From Hydrolagus colliei (taxonomy: Eukaryota), in NCBI GenBank assembly GCA_035084275.1, contig CM068750.1, forward strand, positions 6,634,001 through 6,698,000: a stretch of 64,000 bases of DNA, written 5' to 3'. Position 1 is the stretch's first letter, and each line of letters starts with the position of its first letter. The position numbers and the translations under genes were made by a program. Positions 54,419 through 64,000 of the stretch are shown one piece after another. The notes beneath the pieces were generated by a model, which was not told the origin of the DNA, did no database searches, and saw only the letters and a program-made list of their open reading frames with translations.

Positions 54419-57400
54419 CTTTCGTCTCTTTGAGGCAAGAGGTGCTTTCAAAGCTGCTCTGTAACCAGCTACACAAGTTCATAGTCTCTGGTGCAAGAAC
54501 CCTTTCACATGTTGGATAACATGTTTTTTCCCCCCCACACCAATTGTTTTGTCATAAATTACCCCCAGTTCAGGTGGTTACAAAATTGTTTTTTTTTATT
54601 GAAAAGTAACACCGGTTTTGATTAAATTATTTTGAAAATTGTGATGTTAAAATGGAACGTTGGGGGAACTTTTTCAATTTTCTTAAAATAACTGAGAACA
54701 TCCAGTGTAAATGTTATTTTTCAGAAACATTTGGTGAAACCACATGTTTTAATTACTGAATTGCCTCTTCCTGCTACCTTTGAGTAAAGCTTAAGCAGCC
54801 ATTATACTGTTCGATGATGCTATCATGGGAAATGGTGAAGATAATGTGCAACCGAAATGACAAAATGCAGGAAAGTTCATTAACAGCAACAACAATCGAA
54901 ACGCTGAATTAAGGAAAATTAAGTGACTGCTTAAATTATTCACGTTTTATTTTTCCAGTTTCTGAAAACTGGGATTACAGTTTTGTTAACAGTATTATCT
55001 TGGAACCACACACTCTCTCTCCTACTAAATGACTTTTTCTGTGATATATGACAGGCAATTATAGAGTCACGTGGCAACAAAGTGTAAATATTATAAACCA
55101 GATAATAAGGTAACCTGAATTAATGTTATCCTGATGCTTTGAGCAACATACACTGGTAGATTGCACCATGTCTTCAGCTAGGGTGTAGTCCTGTGTTCTG
55201 TATAAATACAATATATCTAAATGGACTTTGAACATGTTATGCACCATGGAACTCTGAAGAGTAATGATCACACATTCAATGGTTTACTTAGCAAACGGAA
55301 CCAAAGACAAATATTGTGAAACTAGAGAAATCATAATGTAAACTTTACAAATTTGCTGATGAGAAATTAATACATTTATTATAAATGTTTGGATACTCAC
55401 ATTCAATGGGGACCATTAATAGATATTGACTTGCTTTTCGAACCTGTGGTTTATTGCCTGCATTTCCTGTTACTGACAACCATAGGATGTCACCCCAATA
55501 ATACCTTTATCAATTGGATAAACTATTCTGCAGTAAGATTTACCATAAAGGATATTGGTCACTTCTCTAGCAAGTGCTGCTTGCATTTTGATGGAGAATT
55601 TATTCACCTTGTACCCTGCCCTGACCCACAGCTGCCTTTAAACACTTCATTGATGTAGCCAGTTTGTAATGTAGTGTATCTGAACCTGCAAATCTGGTGT
55701 GAAGGTTATGATAAAAGCACACACCAGACATTAAAAATGCCATTGCTACTCTACTTACTATATGAATGAGATTTCATTAAATGAATTGGCCTTTAGTACA
55801 AGAATGATAAAACGTGGCAGTGACTTTAGTCCGAAGGAAATCAAGTTTTTGGATGCCTGGAGCTCTGAATGACTCAACTTGAATGTAAAACCCTATACTA
55901 TAGTTTTTGCTTTTGAAGTAAATAAAATCATGAGATGTGTATTCCATCTTTTGTAGTAACTCTTTTAATTATGAATTTGGTGTTTAAGCTGATGGATAGA
56001 ATTCCTGGGAAAAACATATATTCCAATGTTCCATCTGTAAGTAGCTTTCAAGTGTGATATGAAATGTAAAAATGTCTCCATTTTACCCCCAATAACACAA
56101 CAGAACTTAATCTTTATATGAGTGTGAGCTTTGCTACATCCTTCCAATATGATAAGGCACTATCCGCAATGCAAGGACTCTATGTTATTGGTTCAGTTCA
56201 GGCCCATCCCCTGCTGTTCAAGTTATTCAGAAACTGTAACAGTGAAAACAAATCTGCTTATTTGTAAGATGTATGGCATCAGTCTGTCAAAACCATTCTA
56301 TCAAAAAGTTCTCCCAAGGGTCTCTCTTAGTTATCCTCGATATAGTCCTTTTGATCACATTTGAACCTAAGGTTACATAACACTGCAAATTCTTTGGAGT
56401 CGACTTCATACTTCCAGAAAAAGTACACTGGTTAATCATCAGAAGTGGGAAATTCTGCACAATTTTTCACCTATGTTGAGATTCTGCTCCCAGTTATAGT
56501 CCCAATCCTCTTAAAAGAATTATATGAAATTCCATACATCCTGTCACTCTCTTTAAGTTTGACTCTGGTGATATATAAGATGTACTTGCCTTAATGTAAT
56601 TGTTGTGTTGTGGAATACTGTCTTGTCTTGCAGATCCGAAGCTCTTGGAGGTAAGTTTTAAGGTGCCTTTAGCTACATGAAGTTGGAGGCTTCAGTAAAT
56701 GCTATTTGGCTTCCTTCAGTCAAGGTTCCTTCTAGACCTCACTTACATTCTTCAATTGTATTTGTATCAAATGTACTTGTGCATTTCAACTGCATCAAGT
56801 TAGCATATCTCAATTTCATGACCATAACTGATAAACAATCCTAAGGTCCTATCTTGACTCATAATTAACCAATAAAAGAAGATCTATAATATTTATTCAT
56901 CAATAGCTAAATTATATTAACCATTTTTTAAATGAATGTGGGTAATTGATAGGAGTATTGTACCTATGAGTGCTAACCCTAACCAGAGAATTTTCTTTCC
57001 ATGTACTGTACTTTGTTCACTGGCAAACAGTACAGATGTGATATGAAGGTGAAATTTCCCTGCTATTGATCCATTGCTACGCGCAAGGAAACATTTTGGT
57101 TCTTTTGAGATTAATCATATGAAGCCAAATTGGTGTCAGCTGAAAGCAAATCCATGAACAATGTCTTTGAAATGAAATGAATTTTAACGCCCAGCATTTT
57201 CTCTTACTGCTGTCTTTTCTTTCCACTGCATTAAGACATCCCTCTCTATGCACCTGCAGTCATGTCATGTGTGCTTAAGGTTCTGGTGTTTTTAAAAGTA
57301 TGGATAAAATATTGGAATATGATTATAATCATCAGTTTGAACATTCAAGTCGTAACTTCTTGGAGAAAAAATTAATTAACATCTGGCAAAACACTGCAGT

Positions 57401-57549
57401 CTAGTCAAGGCCCTCTTACCATGTAGCTGGCTACTCAACCTGCCTTACGTGAGGAGAATTTGTACCTACTTCAGCCCTGCACAGGGGAGGGTTTTTGTTG
57501 GAATAGCCTGTCTAACTTCCCTCTCAGCTGAAAGAAGTTATTTGGCAGC

Positions 57550-57568
57550 GAGAGAGAGAGAGAGAGAG
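57550..57568 (+). repeat. (GA)n microsatellite
   Basis: Directly visible, about 9 units. Confidence 0.9.
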
Positions 57569-59885
57569 TTCTTGAGGGAATATGAGAAAAATGCCTGTGA
57601 AGTGTCTGGTGCAGATTACAAGTTGAATATCGTGTTGTTGATGGACGTCGCTAGGCTGAGTTCAAAGACAATTTTCTGGGTGAAAATGAAATACAGCAAT
57701 TCAGTTGCTGGATTATTGCGTGAATGGTAAAAGTTTCTAAATGGGTCGAGTTATTAAATTTCAACAACCTTTATAGAGTCTACACTGCACCATAATCCTA
57801 ACGAAACATGTGGACAATTGTGTTTAAATGTGATACGAGTCCGGAAAAACAGTCAGAATTTCCAAGTTTGGAATCCTAACATAACTCCTGAAACCCTAAT
57901 TATTGGTTGGTATTATATATAAATAGAAAATAATCTGATGCTTGCATTAGACATCAAGCAATGAAGTACAGTTTAATTGTGGTTCACGTAATGATACATT
58001 TTATTCCTAAGTGACAGACTTAGCAGTGATCTCTGCATGAATTTAAAGGCAGACTTCCTGCAAAAGATGCTCACATATAATAATGCTGGAATAATGCCCA
58101 GTCTTTTCATATTCAATGATCCCAATCATCATTTATGCATGAAATACTCTTATCTATTCGGATTTAGAGTTCCACCACAATGGTAGAAATCCAACTGCAT
58201 GCAATGTAAAATCTATTTGAATGGGTTAACCCTATTATTATATTGCATTTGCCTATGGAAATCCATGATGCATGAGGTATATTTTGTGTCTCTCAGCAAC
58301 AAATTCAGGATTACATTTTTCAAAAACTGAGAATGTACCAGTAGAAGTAGAGTTGTATAGATTCTTAGTTAGAAGACAAATTTTGGGGTATAGGTGACCT
58401 TTTCCTTTTTTTTCAACAAAGTACCTCTCCAGAAGGTGCGTTTATTTATGATAGTACACAGCCACACGAGCACAGGCACTGCCCTTGGGTACCTCACTCA
58501 TGTGGTCATCCTTCATGTGTGAGTCTCAACATTGCATGTTGGCAGCACACTTATGTGGGAGCACTTCAGTTGTGTTTTGGGAGCTAAGTTGTGGGAGCAT
58601 TTCAGTAAAGAACCATTTCTTTACTAAACATAGACACTCACCACATGATCATCAACTCTTGTAACTCATTATTTGCCAGAACTTCGGGGCTTATGGAGTT
58701 CCTAATTCGTCTGTTCTTGGTCTATCTCCCCCCCCTACACCCTCCTCTCTCTCCAGCTTTGCAAAGGCAGATGCAGGGAAATTGTGTATGTCCGCAGTAT
58801 CTTTGAGTTCTTTTTCACTTGTAAAATGATTCCTGGCCTATTCTCAGCCATTTATTTTTATGCATTATTGTTACAATAACAGTTATGCAACCTTTAAAGC
58901 TAACTAGGTCAAAAATTTAACCTGCCTCAATTCCAGTTTGCTTAAAAAACGGAAGCAACAGGGTAAACTTTGAGGCCAGTTATTGATTTCCAAAGTTACA
59001 AAACAGGAGACATTCCAAAATGTACATAGCCAGTACTCGTAGTGTTTGCACAATACATACAATGAACAGATCAAGGCTGATCCTTCTTGACTCAGATTGC
59101 TTAATGAAAAGGAATCTTGAATAATTAATAAATTAGTGTTTTTCAAATCCTCCTAGGCATAAGAAAAATGGAAACAGGGAACAATTTAAGAAGTCAGCGT
59201 CTCGCTGGAGAATAGATTTCAGGGTTAATTAAAACGTATGCTTTTTGACATATTTTGCACATGGCGTTTCTTCAATCACAGTAATTCCTCTCACTGATTT
59301 GGGTGCTTGGCAGGCCTTTTGTTTGATTTCAATCACTAGCTTCTAGTTATTTGTTATGAAAATGACATTTGTAACGTGGTAATTTCTATTATAAATTGTG
59401 TAATCACAAAAAAGTTTTAAATTTTTTAAATATATTTCCTCAAAAAACATTATTCATAAACATTTAACCTCCATTCACTCGAAATGATGAAAAGGTTGAA
59501 GGGATCTCAGATTAGTGCAAATAAGATGATAGGTGATATCAAAGGGATCAACCTTCAAGACGATAAACTCTTTATTAAATGGCTCTGGTGAGTGTGGATG
59601 AGTTCATAGTATGTATATTGTAAGTGCACCAACATTCGTGGAGCTTAGTTTACCATTTGTGGTATCCATAGGAACAGAAGATAATTGCTTTTTTTAGAGA
59701 GAAGCCAGAGAGTCTACTTGGTGGGATGGGGAGGAGCATTAGGAATGTTATGACCTACTGAAAGGACCATACAACTTTACAATATGCTTTTAATGAACAA
59801 AAACATTTCAGTAAAGTTTACGTCTGTAATTTGCTGTGGTGGCTTGCCAGCCGCTCGGTAATGTTAGTGTGGAAAGGAAGCACGG

Positions 59886-59955
59886 GCATAGAATCAGAGA
59901 AATGTGTCAGCACAAAAGGAGGCAATTCAGCCCATTGAGTCTGCGCTGGCTTATC
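59886..59955 (-). mobile_element. CR1-type 3' tail fragment
   Basis: catagaatcagagaa...caaaaggaggcaattcagcccattgagtctgcgctggct parallels 48587-48652. Confidence 0.7.
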
Positions 59956-61433
59956 ATTATTCTGGAGTGGCTGACCCCCAATATGCCTCGGCCTTACTGA
60001 AACACAACTGTACGCATTGACTTCTAGGGCAGCTTGATTAATTCTTTGCATCTGACGGAAACAGCAAACAAAGAGAGATTTAAAGTTAAATTGCTCCACA
60101 TCCACATGATCAGATGTTTCCCTGATCTATTTATATTTTGGAAATTTTCACTGTGGCTAAAAGACAGCTCAGTGCACAACGGATGGATACTAAACACAAT
60201 TTACATTTAATAGCACTTTTCACATTGGAAAGGTAGCTTACAGTGTTTCGCAAAGTTGACTGAGAATCCTGAGCTATAGTGGGAAGTGAGAGAGGAGGAG
60301 GAATGATGACCTAAGAGATAGACTTTAGGATGGACATTCACATTCCTTTTTAAAACTTGGGTCTTAAGACTCCTTAAAGTGTTACTGCATATTTTTGTTG
60401 TTTAATCAATGTAATATATGTATTTCTTTCCTTTCAAAATAGTTAGGTGGATCGGAGGCCATATTCTACTTTTATATGCAGTCCCAATAGTAAGATTTGC
60501 AGTTTTAGGCCTTGGATTTAGTTCATTTTTTCTAGTTTCATTTTCCCTGTTTGTTCGAGGCTGACGTTCCAATGTGTTCACCCTCCATTAGCCATTATGT
60601 GAATTCCTCTCTGAAGTTGGTGCGTAACATGCGGGAAATGTGAAGTTACTTGAAACCCACTTCTCTATTTTGAGTGCAAAAGAGTCAACCACAATTATTC
60701 AGAATCTGAATAATTAATTTGCCCAAATTAAACCAGCTTTTTTTTGAGTAGATAATAAACTAAAATATTGATTAGATTCCCTGCCATACCCGCATTCAGA
60801 GGCTCCTTTGGCTGCACGACTGCAGTGATCGCTCCCATTGCCCCAACCTAATACAGTTTGTTACTGGGCAAAAAAGACAATAATTGTCGATGTCCTGGAG
60901 GTCAGCACTGTACTGTTGTATCTCCTGGGGTAGTTCATTGCAGGTGATATCCAAAGAGAGAACAAGAGTTATTTCTGAGACAGGCCGAGAAATCGAACGT
61001 ACGAAAATCCTCTTCGGTGCCTAATGGAAATATATTTTTAAGAAAGTGATTGGATTAGCAAATGTGAACAATGAAGGTAGACAATGTTGATACTGGGTAT
61101 CATAATCTGTTGGCGGTGGCAGGGGTAGAGGGGCAGGAAGAGGAGGCAATTGTTTCTCCATGCTTTTTGGGGCGTGGTTCTTCTCTGACTCTACATTGAT
61201 GTACACATGAAATTGTATTGTGTTACCAGGAGGCATTAATTCTCTATTTCATCTAATAGCTGTCAAATCTCTGCAACTAGTGGTGTCTACCATTGAATGT
61301 CGGACAGTGTTTCAACCCGGGGTGTTGAACAAGGGATGTTAGCTTTCTGTCACTGTAGCTGCCGGGCTTATATTAATAGCAATGTGATGTTTCAATTCCC
61401 TCCACTGGGTTCCTGAAGATGTTTAATTCCAAC

Positions 61434-61776
61434 CAATAATAATAAACCTTACATTCAATATAGCACCTTATCACATCTTTGAGATGTTTCAATGTGCTTC
61501 TCAGATTGTAAAGTGAATTGACTATATTGTTGTGGGCAAAACGCAGCAACCAGTGTCCCACAGACAGTCGTGGATTGAAGTGACAAATTTATTTTTTCCC
61601 AAGGGATTAGTATTACCCCGGAAAAGTAATCTGCCAATCAACTCACAATTGGGTTACAACTTGCTGCTAGGTAAACAGAGGCATGTGGAATAAGGAAACT
61701 GGCCCAACATTACACCCTGCTGGTAATTTAACCCAGGTCTCTCACTTGCGAGGCGACTGATCTACTCAACTCCACA
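61434..61776 (-). mobile_element. Near-full-length tRNA-derived SINE with a ~60-bp internal insertion
   Basis: Tail, body and head (acccaggtctctcacttgcgaggcga...actccaca) are recognisable. Foreign sequence lies at about 61616-61678. Confidence 0.82.
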
Positions 61777-62044
61777 ATGTGTCCATTGTTCACAGATAAA
61801 TAAAACTTTGATAGTGTCTTATCAGACAAGAAAGTCTCAAAGTACCTCAGGATACCTACTATAAAGTTTACTGTCTGTTTTGTTTAAGCAAACAGACCAG
61901 CCATTTGCATCAACCAGGTGCTACAAACAGAAAGTCACCATTTTGTCTGGAGAATGGTTGAATTGTTGGCTGGGACGATGAGAGACTCCCTTTTCATTTT
62001 GATTATGTGATCTTAAACATCCTCCGGAACATGCTAGAAAGGCT

Positions 62045-62470
62045 AGTTGAGTGGGGTGTTGGAAAATTTGATGTGAGAAAGGTGTGAATGAAGATTTCAG
62101 CTGAGTCGACGGGGGCAGTGGGAGGCGGGCAGTGTTGCACAGAGTGAAGACGGCAGATTAGTTCAGCGCCCGCATGGAAAGATTTGCAGAAGAGTTAAGG
62201 GTTGAACAAGACACAGAGTTTACGCATAGGCTTCATGAGTTGGAGCAAGCATCCTCAGCGCCTGATGAAATAGCCTCAGTCTTGCTGACATTAAGATGGA
62301 GCAGTTTACATCTCATCCAAGACTTTCCCTCCATGATGGTCCTGGAATAGGAGAAGGGAGAGCAATAATCAACATCTGGTGATCTAGATGTGAGCTGCAT
62401 GTGTTCTGATAGATGGGCTTTGGACTTTAATGATCAGAGGTGACTGTTGCATTTGGAAGAATTTCAGGGA
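62045..62470 (-). mobile_element. Degenerate L2 ORF2 fragment
   Basis: Minus-strand pieces MRKLCVLFNP*L, TLCNTARL and SAEIFIHTFLTS echo the L2 motifs RNLGV.FD..L, LRNIARLR and AE.LIHAFVTS, with frameshifts and stops. Confidence 0.65.
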
Positions 62471-63226
62471 TAGAAAGGAGTAACCCTACAAATAAAACAC
62501 TTCCAAGCATTGCAAACAATCAATCGCCTATGATTGATCAATCCGTCCACCAATCATCATTTTCTCTATTTTCTATTCATGATTTCATGGCTGTATATAA
62601 CATCCTACTTGCAGTGTGGGCTTGTGTAGCTCTCTGAATAAACGTTGTCGTGAGTAAATCTCAGTGGTTGCCTTCCTGAACATGTTGTAATTCTCAGCAG
62701 GATTCATTTGATGCACTAGCCAGGTACACAGGCTATTTTAGTGCACTACAGGCCTGTCCCAATTAATGAAAATTACACAGTTCTTGTACACGCATAAATA
62801 GCAGGGATAAGATTAGCTGGTATCATTACAGGAATATGTGATGTGAGAAACACTACAAGACAGTTTTAAATAACTACATTGATATATGAGATTCAAATTA
62901 TTTTCTGTGTCTCGAGGCTTCATAATATACATCAAACTGCCTCACAAAACTGTTCAACGAAACGTAAATTGTATAATTGATGATTGTTTTGATAATTGGA
63001 TTGGGAGGAGCTATTCTTATCCCTTTGTCAAAAGCTGTACATTTCGATTTACTTGTTTTCAGCAAAGCTTGTAAAAGATACTCAGGGAGAAAGATACCAA
63101 TTACTCAAAGAGACTACACTAGATGCCAAATCGTGTGCATTGTTCTGTCATTTCTTTTGTTTTTACCCGGAAATATTTTCCATTTTGTTCATACTAAACC
63201 TTGCCTCTTACTCTGTGTGTGCTTTT

Positions 63227-63772
63227 TGGCTGAAGATGAGGTGATAACTAGAGAGAGATAACTGGCGGATTTTGGAAGGCATTTTGAGAAGGGAAGTAAT
63301 GACAGGAGTTTTGAAAGAGAGAGAAACCAGGCCAGAGGATAGGAAGACATGGCTGACATTGGCTACAGAATGACAAGGAGTGCCAGCTGGTTGAACAGGA
63401 TCAGTTTTGGAATTGGGTCAAGTAATGGATTTCACATGGGCTGTGAAGGAGGAGAAAGATCAAGGGGAGATAGGATTTCGGGCCCAAGCTCCCTTACGCC
63501 TTCCACCTTGCTCTCCTCTCTCTATTCCCCAATCTCCCTCCTTTGTTAGCTATTGTATCTCTTCATTCAAGGCCCATGTGAAATCCACTAATTAACACAA
63601 TTCCAAAACCACCCCTGTTCAACCAGCTGGCACTCCTTGTCATTCTGTAGTCAACGTCATCCATGTCTTCCTATCCCCTGGCCCGGTATCTGTCAAAATT
63701 GCTGTCATTACTTCCCGTCTCAAAATGCCTTCCAAGATCCGCCAGACTCTAGTTATCACCTCATCATCACCA
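63227..63772. repeat. Long inverted repeat (arms ~63227-63461 and ~63553-63772, ~90-bp spacer)
   Basis: The arms are reverse complements along their length, including a perfect 37-bp match at 63363-63399 / 63614-63650. Confidence 0.95.
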
Positions 63773-64000
63773 GTCTCCTCTTCCTGCTCAAGGTGCTGGA
63801 ACTTGTCGTCATCGTCACTGGCACCTCTCATGACTAATCAGCAGAAGATATGCTTGTGTTGCTGTTGCCAACCTGCGCCTAATACTTTCCGGAATTAGAT
63901 AAGCAGGATGCGTCGCTCCAGGGTGAGAATACGCATTTCTTTCCAGTAAACATCTGTATTGATGGGATGAATGGAACTCTGTTTGGTTTGGATTAAGCGT

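Noticed and set aside
63640-63831. Similar peptides in ORFs 63640-63831 (EDEVITR/DDEVITR) and 62977-63261 suggesting a duplicated gene
   Set aside because: The similarity is a by-product of the DNA inverted repeat; the left arm is frameshifted and has stops.
20330-64000. GNG2 coding exons expected by synteny
   Set aside because: I found no MASNNTASIAQARK-like or DPLL/ENPF-like coding sequence in the ORF track or by eye, so the gene is not called.

Overview
This is AT-rich vertebrate genomic DNA, not prokaryotic. The repeat landscape suggests a cartilaginous fish, most likely a holocephalan such as the elephant shark; this is inference. The first 16 kb holds the last nine coding exons of FRMD6 (Willin, FERM domain-containing 6) on the + strand. 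All nine have GT-AG boundaries and splice in frame to a stop at 16039. A long 3' UTR probably ends near AATAAA at 20282. The remaining ~44 kb has no recognisable host coding exon. It contains a tRNA-headed SINE family, older DeuSINE-like and LF-SINE-like relics, L2 and CR1 LINE 3' fragments and Tigger-like MITEs. There are also a few candidate non-coding exons and a candidate promoter, possibly the 5' end of GNG2 by synteny (unproven). The most unusual structures are a ~230-bp-arm inverted repeat at 63.2-63.8 kb, a compact hairpin with G-U wobbles at 28.5 kb, a fold-back SINE at 20.75 kb, and a 3' stem-loop shared by the SINE and L2 families. I cannot claim a new biological system from sequence alone; these are testable leads.
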